DNA of 62,049 bases, counting the filler, from Candidatus Woesearchaeota archaeon (lineage in GTDB: Archaea; Nanobdellota; Nanobdellia; Woesearchaeales; CAZJJJ01): the NCBI GenBank assembly GCA_046538795.1. It is 5 parts of 5 records of this genome, joined end to end, with 100 filler letters (N's around TTAATTAATTAA, not from the genome) between each part and the next. Parts side by side here need not be neighbours in the genome. Positions count along the whole stretch, not along the records: positions 1 to 30,817 come from JBKHIF010000008.1; positions 30,918 to 38,783 come from JBKHIF010000060.1; 3 more parts are not named here. One strand, given 5' to 3'. Within the stretch, counting starts at the first letter, position 1, and every line of letters begins with the position of its first letter. The translations under genes were made by a program, and so were the position numbers. The notes below the pieces were generated by a model, which worked only from the letters and a program-made list of their open reading frames with translations, was not told the origin of the DNA and made no database searches. Below, in pieces: positions 27,913 through 38,883 of this stretch.

Positions 27913-29283
27913 CTAATTTGCTGATCCAAGTTTTTTCTTCTGTTCTTCAAGAACCTGTGAGATTACAGCAGAATCATAGCCTTTTTCAGCCATCATGGTC
28001 CTGATGACATCTTCAGGCTGTCCATCATCAAGAGCATTTTTCACTTCAGAAGTTATATCTTTTGAATCAGAAGATATTGATTCCTTTTTTTGGTCTGCAT
28101 GTTTGAAATTGATCTTGTAATTATCCTGTTTTTCTTCCAAAGTCCTGTAATCGATGTCAGGTCCCAGCATATCAAGATTTGTTATTTTATCAGAAGCAAA
28201 AGAAGCAAGGTTTTTCAAAAAGTCAGTTCTTTGATCTATAACGCTTTTCTGCTTGTTTATCATATTCTTAAGTTCAGATATCCTCATGTTGAGAACAATC
28301 TCCTTTTTTGATTCAGCTTCTGCCATCTCTCTTAGGCGTTTCTGAGTTGATTTTTCATTTAATGCAAGAAGCATCTTATAGTGATTTTCAAGAGACTTTT
28401 TTTCTTTATCAAAATTCTCAGATCTTGCTTTTAATTCTTTCACCTTGCTCTCAAGTGTTTCTATCTTCTTTATGAGAGAACTGTTAGCATCATCAGAAGC
28501 CTTGATTCCAAGCCTTATCCTTTCCTGATGGTCGTTGAGAATTTTCAGTTTCTGATCTTTATCTTTAAGATTATCAGAATGTTCGATTATTATATCATTC
28601 TTTCTTCCAAGGAGATCTTTTAATGCCTGCTCTCTTTTTTTGAGATTGTTGATTTCTATTATGTGCTCAAGAACTTTCTTTTTCATAAGATTCCTGTTTT
28701 CAAATTCATTTAAGTATTTCTTTTTTTCAACCCTTAGGTTCTTGATCATATTATCTTGTTCAATTATATGTTTGACCAAAAGGCCATTGTATCGCTTTGC
28801 ATTATCAAGCATATGCTGCATCTTTGCAATCTCAGATTCTGAAGAGAATATTGCATCAGATTTTTTCTTTATTTCTTCTTTAAGCGAATTGAATTGATCC
28901 CTGAAATGATTTACAGAATATTTTAGCTCAGTGAGCTGATTTTTCATCATATCTTGATTTTTTAGTCTTGCCCTGTATGCATATAGCATATCAGTCATCT
29001 TTTCCATCTCTATATCTTTTTCATAGAGAATTTCCTTGAATGCAGAAAGAAGATCAGGAGTGTTCTGAAGGGCGTAAGATATTTTTTCTATCTTTTTTTT
29101 TATTGATTTTTTATCAGGGGCTTCAAGGATGCGGTCAAGCCTGAAATCATCGCTTTCTGCAACCTTTTCCCTGTTTATCAGTATCTGCTGTCCTAATCTT
29201 AAAGAATTTATCAGCTTGGTATTTTCTCTTAGCTCCTTTTCCAGAAGATCTACTTTTTGTTCTACAGCGCTCTTTTTCCCCAT
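27913..29283 (-). CDS. Long coiled-coil protein with a small C-terminal helical domain
   Basis: Heptad-rich E/K/L sequence over about 350 aa; no ATPase motif; C-terminal VKNAL.DG...D.IR..M..KGY....I..VL. Confidence 0.8.
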   Translation of the reverse strand: MGKKSAVEQKVDLLEKELRENTKLINSLRLGQQILINREKVAESDDFRLDRILEAPDKKSIKKKIEKISYALQNTPDLLSAFKEILYEKDIEMEKMTDMLYAYRARLKNQDMMKNQLTELKYSVNHFRDQFNSLKEEIKKKSDAIFSSESEIAKMQHMLDNAKRYNGLLVKHIIEQDNMIKNLRVEKKKYLNEFENRNLMKKKVLEHIIEINNLKKREQALKDLLGRKNDIIIEHSDNLKDKDQKLKILNDHQERIRLGIKASDDANSSLIKKIETLESKVKELKARSENFDKEKKSLENHYKMLLALNEKSTQKRLREMAEAESKKEIVLNMRISELKNMINKQKSVIDQRTDFLKNLASFASDKITNLDMLGPDIDYRTLEEKQDNYKINFKHADQKKESISSDSKDITSEVKNALDDGQPEDVIRTMMAEKGYDSAVISQVLEEQKKKLGSAN

Positions 29284-29351
29284 TAGAGTTTTTATTGAAG
29301 AATTTATATTTATATCTTAGGTTTTTTAAAAAAAATTCAGGCATTAAATGT

Positions 29352-30329
29352 CTATTTTCCTGAATTTACTCTGTACGAAAGAAGTGAAATTGACGCAATA
29401 AGTGCCTCAAGCTGGATAAACTCATCGCTTCCTTCAATTATCCTGAATTCAGCATCTGCGCATTTCTCGATAGTTCTTAGCTTGAGAAGAGGATTTACCT
29501 GGATCTCATTTACTTCCTGCTGTATCTGTTTTATTATATCAACACCTGAAAGTCCTTTGTCATGAAGAAGCGCAAAAAGAAGTGATCTTGCCTTGTTGAA
29601 ATCCCTTGCAAGAGCGCTTTTTATAAGTTCTTTGATCTCTTCTGGTTTTGCAAATGACGCAAGTGAAAGAACAACATTTTCATCAACCTGTTCAGATATC
29701 GATGATGCAGACTGCAAAAGATTCTCAAGCCTTCTTACATCCCCTTCTGAGATCTTATAGATAAGTTTTTTTGCTTCTGGTGTTAAGGCGATATTTTCTT
29801 TTATAGAAATCTCATCTATTATTTTGAAAACATCTTCAGAATCAAGATGCCTAAATCGAAATATTGCGCATCTGCTCTGTATAGGATCAATTATTTTTGA
29901 AGAATAATTGCATGAAAGAATGAATCTTGTTGTCTTGGTATAATTTTCCATTGTTCTTCTCAATGCCTGCTGTGCATCTCTCGTAAGTGCATCGCATTCA
30001 TCAAGGTATATTATCTTGAAAGGGACATTTCCAAGAGATCTTGTTTTTGCAAAATCCTTTACTTTGATTCTTATAACATCTATCCCTCTTTCATCAGAAG
30101 CATTAAGCTCAAGAACATTATCTCTCCAGTTCTCTCCGAAAAGTTGTCTTGCAATAATAAGTGAAAGCGTGGTTTTTCCAACACCGGCAGGTCCGGAAAA
30201 AAGCAGATGAGGCATATTGCCTTTCTTTACAAAAGATTCTACTTTGTTTAGTATATCTTTTTGCCCTTTGAATTCCTCAAATGTCTTAGGCCTGTATTTT
30301 TCTGTCCATATAGATGATTCTTCTACCAT
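29352..30329 (-). CDS. rfcS: Replication factor C small subunit
   Basis: WTEKYRP, GPAGVGKT Walker A, ELNASDERGID, LDECD, IQSRC; no intein. Confidence 0.97.
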   Translation of the reverse strand: MVEESSIWTEKYRPKTFEEFKGQKDILNKVESFVKKGNMPHLLFSGPAGVGKTTLSLIIARQLFGENWRDNVLELNASDERGIDVIRIKVKDFAKTRSLGNVPFKIIYLDECDALTRDAQQALRRTMENYTKTTRFILSCNYSSKIIDPIQSRCAIFRFRHLDSEDVFKIIDEISIKENIALTPEAKKLIYKISEGDVRRLENLLQSASSISEQVDENVVLSLASFAKPEEIKELIKSALARDFNKARSLLFALLHDKGLSGVDIIKQIQQEVNEIQVNPLLKLRTIEKCADAEFRIIEGSDEFIQLEALIASISLLSYRVNSGK

Positions 30330-30431
30330 GATTATATCCGGATTGAAAGCTTATATAAAAAGATTTAGAATCTGCTTTATAGACTGTTTATATGAAAGAA
30401 CCAGAAAAAAGAAAATAAAAAAATCAAAAAT

Positions 30432-30695
30432 CTAGATTATATCTTCTTCTGCAATAACCATAAAGTCTCCTATGGCGATAACTGCAGAAAACGGGATCAG
30501 GAGATAGCCGTACTTGTCTTTTTCAAGCTCCAGTTTTTCTGTATATGCAGTAGGATTCTTTAGAACCATATGGATGAGCTCTCCTGATTTTGTCTCAAAA
30601 ACAATATCACCGACTTCGCCAAATCTTTTGCCTGTCTTGGAAACAATAGTCTTACTTAGAAGCTGTCTTGCAAATTTTTTATCTTCTTCAGCCAT
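30432..30695 (-). CDS. PRC-barrel domain protein (CdpB-like)
   Basis: L..K.IVS..G...G.V.DIVFE..SG.L, IPFSAV.AIGDF.VI; GAGGT SD upstream. Confidence 0.88.
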   Translation of the reverse strand: MAEEDKKFARQLLSKTIVSKTGKRFGEVGDIVFETKSGELIHMVLKNPTAYTEKLELEKDKYGYLLIPFSAVIAIGDFMVIAEEDII

Positions 30696-30817
30696 AAAAT
30701 CAACCTCACACGAGCAATATTAACTTTTTAACAAGTATTGTAAAAATATCACATTATCTACTTTATGATGGTCTTTTAGGTTGTGTAAGTTATATTTAAA
30801 GCTTTTGATGAACCGAC

Positions 30818-30917
30818 NNNNNNNNNNNNNNNNNNNNNNNNNNNNNNNNNNNNNNNNNNNNTTAATTAATTAANNNNNNNNNNNNNNNNNNNNNNNNNNN
30901 NNNNNNNNNNNNNNNNN
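30818..30917. other. Artificial contig spacer (44N-TTAATTAATTAA-44N)
   Basis: Six-frame stop linker flanked by N runs; identical at four sites. Confidence 0.97.
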
Positions 30918-33900
30918 TAACTGTCCCTGTTATTGTTTCTTCAGGAGAATATTATCTTTCCATGAGTGCTTCAGGTAATTTTGCTTCAGAAGGATCAAGA
31001 GTGAATATTTTCTTAAATGGAAAGGTAAATGGAGAATATGTTTTTTCAGGAACCGAAAGTTATCTTAATTTGCCTATTTCTGATCTGACTCCAAATCCCG
31101 ATGATATATGTGACATTTATTCCTGTGTTCCTGGTGTTGAGGTTTGCGATGGGAGAGATAATGACTGTGATTCCAAAATAGATGAATTTGATCTTGATTC
31201 TGATGGCATTGAAGAAGAAGGAGGAATCTGTGGCGAATGTAGCATATGCGAGACAAAATCATGTGACACAGGTTTTCCTGGAATCTGCAGCGAGGGGGTA
31301 AAGGAATGTGTTAAGAGCCCTGCTTTAAGCTATGATCAAAACACTTATTCTTGTTCGTCTGAAGATTCATTTTCAAGCATACATGGTGTTTGGGATGATG
31401 TCTGTGAACCTATCATAAGTCCTGGAGAGCATGGCGAAATTGAAAACTGCAATCCCCTTACTGATCCAGATGGCTGCTGTGACGGAATTGATAATGATTG
31501 TGATGGCATGGTTGATGAAGGCTTAGGATGTAGTGACAATGAATGTGTTCCCGGCGATACAAGACCTTGCGAATGTGATTGTTCTGAGACAGTAGTTCTT
31601 CTTATAAGAGATGACAATCATCATAATGAAGACATTAATGACCTTGACACAATAAGATCTGATCTTGAAGAGCTGGGAGTGAATGTAGATTTCATGAGAG
31701 AAGAAGAATTCTCCTCTTCTGGTTTTAATCTGGATGACATAAAAGATTATGATCTTGTCTGGTTTTCAAATCCTGGTTTTCCTCCTGATGATGAATCATC
31801 GCTTCTTGCACTCAAACAATATTTTGAGATGGGTAATCCTGTTGTGATGCAGGGAGATGATATGACCCAGTTCAGGCAAAATCCTGAGCTTATAGAAGAG
31901 CTTACTGGATATGTTAATGTTAATAATGGGTGGGACAACGATCATACTGTATATTTTATCGAGCCTGAAGGAAAGCCTTATTCAGATCTTCTTCAGGATC
32001 TTTCAGGACAGGAGTTCCAGTATGATAATGATGATATTGATATTTCCTATGAGTTATCTTCACATGATGATTATAAGACACTTGCTTATGGATACTGCAA
32101 CAAGGATTCATGGAGTGATGTTTTTTCAGAATATACTCCTGTTCCTGTTATATCTATAAGAGATAAGAGAGATGATGGTATGGGGGTTATGCTTGTTGCA
32201 CTTTTGACTTTTGTTGAGATCGAACCTGAGATATACAGAAAGAAATTTATTGCAAAATCAGTTGAGTTTCTTATGAACCTTGCAGGAAAATGCGACTGCG
32301 AAGAAGCAGATCCTCCTGAATGCGGCATTGCTATACAGACTTGCACTGAAGATGGTGTTTGGGGATTGTGCGAAGGAGTTCCTTTGATGCTTGAAGAAAT
32401 CTGCTGCGATGGAAAAGATAATGACTGTGATTGTCCAGGAGATACAAATGGCGATGGAAAGGTATGCTATACAGGAGACGAAGGTGTAGATGAAGGCTGC
32501 AATTGCGACTGTATTGATGGCGAAGAAAGAGTGTGCGGACCTGATGTTTTTTATCCCGGACTTTGTGAACCAGGTAAAGAGATATGTTCAGGCGGAGTAT
32601 GGGGGGAATGTGAAGGAGCTATTTTTGGAACATCTCATGAATATCCAAATGATGAGGGAAGATGTTTTGAAGGAGATTGCGGAACCTGTGACGATGGGCT
32701 TGACAATGACTGTGATGGAACTATAGACTGGGACGGATATGAATTTGGAGATGAAATAATACCTCCTGATCCAGACTGTCCTTGTCCTGATATGGATATG
32801 GATGGGATTTGTGACATAAATGATAATTGCATAGAAGATGCCAATGGTCCTCTTCTGGGGACCTGTGTTGATTATGAGCAGGCAGAAATCCTTAATGAAT
32901 GCATAGATGATTCTGAATGCATTTCAGGGAAATGCGTACTTACGCAGAAGGATTCTGATTTTGACGGAATAGGTGATGTCTGCGACTGTATTCCTAAAGA
33001 AGAGATATGCGATAATGGTTTAGATGATGATTGCGATGGGCTTGTTGATGAGAACTGTGAATGTTATCCTGTTGGTGCAAGACAGTCCTGTGGACTTAAC
33101 TCTCCTGTTGAACATTGTGTTGTTGAGTGCATTACATCAGATGGTGATGGCACTGAATGGGGCACCAGTTGCATGAATGTTCAGGATGAAGATCTTGGAA
33201 TCACTTTTGAGATGCAAAGCCATGAATATTTTGAGACCTGTAGTGATGGGCTTGACAATGACTGCGATGGAACTGCTGATTTTACAGGAACAACTCTTGA
33301 AGATTCAACAGAACTTCCTCCTGATCCTGACTGTAGCTGCAATCTTTTTGAAGACTATGACAAACTCTATCAATTATCGCCTGATCCTGTGACTTCTATT
33401 GTTCCGGGAAAATTCAATGCTGACTTTTCTTTCAGAAGTGTAAGAGTGGATTTTAGCATAATGAGAAATCCTCCTCTTCCTGTACTTGAACTAGGAGATG
33501 CAAAAATAAGAGAATGCAGGCTTTATAGTGACAGGAACATTTTTTCAGAATATTTCCATGATGCTGATCTTTATGTTGATAAGCAATTTTTTTCAGATAA
33601 TCTTAATATCCATCATTCAGGATCAAATTATATTGAGATTGATTATAAGCATCCTGATGATCCTCTAAAAACTTATGCACTTATTGATCTTGCTGAAGAA
33701 CATGACAACAAGCTTGATTTTAAATGCACTCTCGAACTTACTACTTCACTTGGCAAAGAAAATTGTGATACAGGAGAATATCCTATCATATTTTCTTTAG
33801 AAACCCAGTCAAGAAAATGCGAACCCAGGCTTTGTCTGATAAAAAGCGAGATGGATCGTGATATAATACAGAAGACAGAGATTGTTGATAAGATAAATGA

Positions 33901-35158
33901 TGTTATGAATGTTGCACAATCTATTTGTTCAGTAATACCCACTATAGGATCTGTTCTTCAATCAACTGGTGTCACAGTTAAGCTTGTAGGAGATGTTCTT
34001 AGGAAAATAGGCATTGAGCCTATAGGAACAGGGCTTTTCCAGTTTGGAGAAAATGTCATAAGAAAGCCAGGAGAATTTGTCATGGACAAGATATGGGAAG
34101 GAGAAAATGGTCTTGGGTTTGGAAACTTCAGGATTGGTGAACAGGGAAAATTTGGATTCCGGTGGATCTGCGATAACCTTATAACATGTCAGCAGTCAAA
34201 AGATCTTTTTACTGTCTGGAAAGCCATACTTGGCGAAGAACCTGTATCTGATGTTGAAGACAGCGGATTCATGGGTGTCATGGATTATGTCTTCGGTGAT
34301 GCTATAACAGATCATTTTAATGATCTTGCCGGTTCTGGATTTGAGTCTTTGTCCCATAGCTTAACAAATGATATCTTTGACGGAGAAAGCATAAATCATC
34401 TTACTGCAAAAATACCTCATGAAGAAAACCCATTGAGGAGTCCTGCGCAGCCAAATCCAGGAACTGTTTCTTTTGCTTCCTGCGGTCCTGGTACAAGATG
34501 TTTTGAACAGCAATATATTGAATATGCAGAAGGTGCAGCAGGAGAAGAGGCATATAACTATGATCTGGGATTTGAGCTTAATTCAGGAATAAGCACTGAT
34601 AACCTCATTTACTCAACACTAACTTTATGCGTACCAGGAATGATAAGAGGAGTAAATAATTTTAGAAAGATACAATGTACTTATGTTGACTGTCTCATGA
34701 CTGACCAGCCGGTATCTGCATGTTCTTCAACAAGAGCCGACGTTGTATGCCACGAGGTTGTTGGAAGCGTAACTGAACTTATAGGTGTATCAAGGCTTCT
34801 TGATTCAATACAATCTCTTATGACAGGGCTTATACAGAACTGGCCTGATATATTGATTGAGAATGGCTGGAGAATGTTTTGCGATAATCTTCCTTCAGGA
34901 AGCACAGGGAAGCTTCTTTTTTGTGAGGTTCCTAAGGCAACTATAAGTGTTGTCGAGACAGGACAGACATTGGCTGCATATACTGAAGCTATAATAAATT
35001 TTTTTACAGATGAGGAATCTCAGCAGGCCTTTTTCGGAAGGGATGTTTGTGATGAAGTATTTGATGAAGTTGATTATATCAATGAGATGACAACAGGTTG
35101 TGAGTGCTATAATGGAGCACATGAGTTTACTTTAGAAACGCCTGGTTTCATAGATTAG
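30918..35158 (+). CDS. Giant Cys/Asp-rich surface protein with MopE-like repeats, TSP3-like repeats and a GATase/flavodoxin-like domain; 5'-truncated
   Basis: Frame open from the contig edge (TVPVIVSSGEYYLSM...); six C.DG.DNDCD-type repeats; DMDMDGICDINDNC and QKDSDFDGIGDVCD; YDLVWFSNPG...G.PVVMQGDD domain. Confidence 0.8.
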
Positions 35159-35184
35159 AAGGCATATAATATTATAAATTAAAA

Positions 35185-37566
35185 ATGATGCAAAGATTTG
35201 TCAAATTTAACGGATTTGGAAAAAAAGCGCAGATAACTATATTCATTATTATCGGAATTGGTATAATAGTAGGCGGCGTCTTATTATATGCTCTTTTAAA
35301 CAGCGGAATACTTGATGAAGAAACCGACAGGATACTTGAGAGGATAAGCCAGACAAATGATGATACCCAGCCTATACAGATGTATGTGCATACTTGTATA
35401 AAGGAGATTGGTAAAGAAGCTGTGAAAAAGATTGGCATGAATGCAGGATATGTAAATCCTGTTGCTGATTTTTCTGTAGATTTTGAGCCGACTGAATCCG
35501 AAATGATAGTTTTCGGACCAAACAAGCTTCCCTATTGGCACTATTATGATGATGACACAGGTGTTTTTGGTTCATTTGCTCCCTGGCTTGATTCAGAGGA
35601 TGATCCTGATAATTCAATTGAATCCCAGATAGAAAAATATGTTGATGAAAACATAGGAAAATGCCTTAATTATTTTTCTCCATTCAAGAGGCAGTTCAGG
35701 ATAAATGCACAAGAGCCTGTATCAGATGTAACAATAAATGATGAAGGCGTCATAATACAGCTTGAGATGCCTATTACGATAAGATCCCTAGATGGCGAAA
35801 GCAGCCATGAGATGAAAATTTTTGCAGAAAAGGTTGATGTGAATCTTAAGAAAATGCATGATTTTGCAATAGATTTGGTACAAGAGGAACAGTTTAGTGC
35901 TTTTATTGAAAGGCTTGTTCTTGAGCTTTTATCTATGTATTCAGGTCTTGATTCAGACCTTCCCCCAAGATATGATGTTACTACATTTGATCCTGTAGAG
36001 AAATTCTGGATACATCATGAGGCATCTTCTATAATAAGGAATGATATCTTACCTTATATCAATATGATACAGATAAAAGATACGCAGAATTTTGCAGTTC
36101 CTCCTGAGTCTTCAAGTAAAATTTCCATGAGCAGTCTTTCAGATATTGCTACTGTGGATCTTCTTGAACCTGAAACTCAGGATTATTGGGATTTAAGTGT
36201 TGAATTTTTTTATCCAGGAAATCTAAGACCACATATTAAGATTGGAAATGGAAATGCAGTACTTAGGCCTACTACTCAAGGAAGCATGGATGATGACAAT
36301 TTTTTAACCAAGCTTCTTGGACCTGTCATCAAGATATACAGGTTTGATTATGATATATCTTTTCCTGTGATTGCAAAGATATGCGATCCTTTGGCTTTTG
36401 ACAAGGATGGATTTTGTTATTTCTTTTCTATGGAAGGTAACATCAGATCAACCCAGCCATTTACGCCTTTTGATGTGGATCTTTCAGGTGTTCTTCATGA
36501 TGCAGCTTCTGGAACCAGAATTAATTCAGGAGAAACAATTGTTGATCTTTCGTCTCCACAACAGAGACATCAGAGAAAGATAACTTTTGAAGTTGTTAAC
36601 AAGAATACTGATGAATCAATACCTTCTGCGTCAGTCTATTATAAATGCGGAACTGAATATTACATAGATGATACAAAAGAAATTGATGGAAAACATACGT
36701 TTTCTGGAAATCTTCCTTTCTGCATGTCAGGAGGCAAGATTATCGTAAGAAAAAAAGGTTATCATGATTCAGTATTTTCATTTAACAATCATGAGAATGG
36801 GCCTGATGTTATTCTTCAACCTTTGGAACTTTGGCCTGCAAAAGAAATAAAGATTCATTTAAGAAAAAAATCCTGGCCTGATTTTGGTCAGGAAAAAAAT
36901 ATTACCGGACTTGATTTTATTCTTGTGGAAATATCTAAAGTAAGAGAGTTTTCAGGAGAATCTGATTTTCCTCTTGTTCCTGTATTTATTTTTGGCAATA
37001 CTTCTTCAGGGTCTGCAGATGAATTTTCAAACAATGCTTTAGAGACTATTTCAGAACTTCAGGATGAAGGTCACATATCTCCAGGTCAGGAAGGTCTTCC
37101 GGCTGAACTTGAAGAGTTTTTCGAGGATCTTGAATTAGGGATTGATGATGAGACTGATTACACAGATGGATTCTTTGAACTGGTGAATTATGTTGAGCTT
37201 GTTCCGGGGCAATATAATATAGAATTTACATATTCGCTAAAAGGCACAGGTTCTGATCCTGCTCTTCATATAGATTCAAAGACTGAAAGGATCTGTGCAG
37301 GAATTGAGATCCTTGGAATATGCATAGGTTCCACAGAAAAGATTGAATATCCTGAGCTTGATTTTTCTACCTGGGTAGTATCAAGCTATGATCATACTTT
37401 TACAGTAACAGAAGAAGATCTTTATTCAAATGATGATCTTGTTCTTATTTTCCCTGACTTAGGGCTTCCAAAGAACCATGATGAACTTGGGAAAGTTTCT
37501 TCAAGAGAAGACTCACTAAACGAAAATTATTTTATTCCTTATTTCAAGACAGAGGATGACAGCTAA
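35185..37566 (+). CDS. Large surface protein with class III signal peptide
   Basis: KKAQ-ITIFIIIGIGIIVGG; YV..C+...G..GY and Q+E.Y+..N+..C domain. Confidence 0.8.
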   Translation: MMQRFVKFNGFGKKAQITIFIIIGIGIIVGGVLLYALLNSGILDEETDRILERISQTNDDTQPIQMYVHTCIKEIGKEAVKKIGMNAGYVNPVADFSVDFEPTESEMIVFGPNKLPYWHYYDDDTGVFGSFAPWLDSEDDPDNSIESQIEKYVDENIGKCLNYFSPFKRQFRINAQEPVSDVTINDEGVIIQLEMPITIRSLDGESSHEMKIFAEKVDVNLKKMHDFAIDLVQEEQFSAFIERLVLELLSMYSGLDSDLPPRYDVTTFDPVEKFWIHHEASSIIRNDILPYINMIQIKDTQNFAVPPESSSKISMSSLSDIATVDLLEPETQDYWDLSVEFFYPGNLRPHIKIGNGNAVLRPTTQGSMDDDNFLTKLLGPVIKIYRFDYDISFPVIAKICDPLAFDKDGFCYFFSMEGNIRSTQPFTPFDVDLSGVLHDAASGTRINSGETIVDLSSPQQRHQRKITFEVVNKNTDESIPSASVYYKCGTEYYIDDTKEIDGKHTFSGNLPFCMSGGKIIVRKKGYHDSVFSFNNHENGPDVILQPLELWPAKEIKIHLRKKSWPDFGQEKNITGLDFILVEISKVREFSGESDFPLVPVFIFGNTSSGSADEFSNNALETISELQDEGHISPGQEGLPAELEEFFEDLELGIDDETDYTDGFFELVNYVELVPGQYNIEFTYSLKGTGSDPALHIDSKTERICAGIEILGICIGSTEKIEYPELDFSTWVVSSYDHTFTVTEEDLYSNDDLVLIFPDLGLPKNHDELGKVSSREDSLNENYFIPYFKTEDDS

Positions 37567-38395
37567 GATGAAAAGAAAAAAGCAAGTGCATAGGACTAAT
37601 CCGGGAATTCATAAAAAAATGCGCAGGAGAAATTTTGCTGATTTTTTCAGTGAACACGCAAAAATTCTTGTTTCTTCATTTAAGGATATATCGATGCTAA
37701 ATGTTGTTTCAATGATAACAGACATACTTATACTTGGATTCACGTCTATTGTCTATGTCATCTACAACCTTCTTTTCATAAAAGCGATGAATGACCTTAA
37801 CGATATCATAATGGGTGTGGGTGTAAATCCTGAAACAAGCTCTCTTTTTCTTCAGTTCAAGACAGCATTTCAGTTCATAGGTACGCTTGTTGTTGCATAT
37901 TTCCTTTTAGTTGCAGGGTACTCTCTTTTCAATTCAATGTACTGGCTTCGTGCAAATGATAAAAAGATTACATGGAAAAAAATTCTGGTCTTTGCGAAGC
38001 ATAATTTAATTTTTACTTTCAGCATGCTTATTTTGGTATATGGAATAAGATTGATTTTAAGAGATCCTTTTTGGGCTTACATAGATATGTTGCTGATAAT
38101 TTTGTTTTTGCCTATCCTTGCTATAATGCATATATTGTCTGCCGACAGCATGGAAAAAAGATCCTTTGTCATCATAAAAAGATCTGTTGCTTTATTTTTC
38201 AAAAGGTTCTGTGATTTCTTTTTTCCAGGGATTGTCATCTTTGTTGTATTTATCATATTATCCATTGTTTCAAAATTATTTGCCCACCTTCCGCTTTGGA
38301 TAAATAATTTTGTAACCTTTATTGCAATATTGTTTTTCATGTCCTGGATAAGGCTTTATTTCATAAATGTCATGAGGTCTGTGAAAGATGAATGA
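37556..38395 (+). CDS. Hypothetical integral membrane protein (about 6 TM)
   Basis: Multiple long hydrophobic segments; overlaps both neighbours (operon). Confidence 0.75.
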   Translation: MTAKMKRKKQVHRTNPGIHKKMRRRNFADFFSEHAKILVSSFKDISMLNVVSMITDILILGFTSIVYVIYNLLFIKAMNDLNDIIMGVGVNPETSSLFLQFKTAFQFIGTLVVAYFLLVAGYSLFNSMYWLRANDKKITWKKILVFAKHNLIFTFSMLILVYGIRLILRDPFWAYIDMLLIILFLPILAIMHILSADSMEKRSFVIIKRSVALFFKRFCDFFFPGIVIFVVFIILSIVSKLFAHLPLWINNFVTFIAILFFMSWIRLYFINVMRSVKDE

Positions 38396-38783
38396 TTTAA
38401 AAAATCTTAAAAGGATTGTATGGTTTGCATTTTCGCTTATTTTAGTCATTGCCATATCATTTTCGTCTGTTGTCTTAGGGTCTACATCCCCTGTTACTCA
38501 GACAGTTGACGGAGAGTGGGAATGTTCTGAATTTACTGATCAAAGCGGTCTTGCCATATATCTTAGGCTTGTTGGAGATAACGGACCTAAGACAGACAGG
38601 TCTATGCTACAGTGCAGGTATCAGTGCCAGCTTCTTGATAAGCCAACTATTTTTTCACATGATGCAAATGATGAGATTGATGATGCATTAATATCAAGGC
38701 AGTGCTGCATCCAATATACTAATCAAGATCCTGATTCCGGCCTTACTTGTTTTGAAAATGGTGTCTGTTTCAGAAGACCGGAG
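38388..38783 (+). CDS. Secreted Cys-rich protein, 3'-truncated by contig end
   Basis: Signal peptide; frame open into the N run. Confidence 0.65.
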
Positions 38784-38883
38784 NNNNNNNNNNNNNNNNN
38801 NNNNNNNNNNNNNNNNNNNNNNNNNNNTTAATTAATTAANNNNNNNNNNNNNNNNNNNNNNNNNNNNNNNNNNNNNNNNNNNN
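38784..38883. other. Artificial contig spacer
   Basis: 44N-TTAATTAATTAA-44N. Confidence 0.97.

Noticed and set aside
27913..29283. Coiled-coil protein as SMC/Rad50
   Set aside because: No Walker A/B, signature, hinge or zinc-hook motif.
29352..30329. Intein in rfcS, a common insertion site
   Set aside because: 325 aa with contiguous AAA+ motifs; no insertion.
30862..30873. Palindrome TTAATTAATTAA recurring four times
   Set aside because: Always centred between 44-N runs; it is an artificial six-frame stop linker, not a biological repeat.
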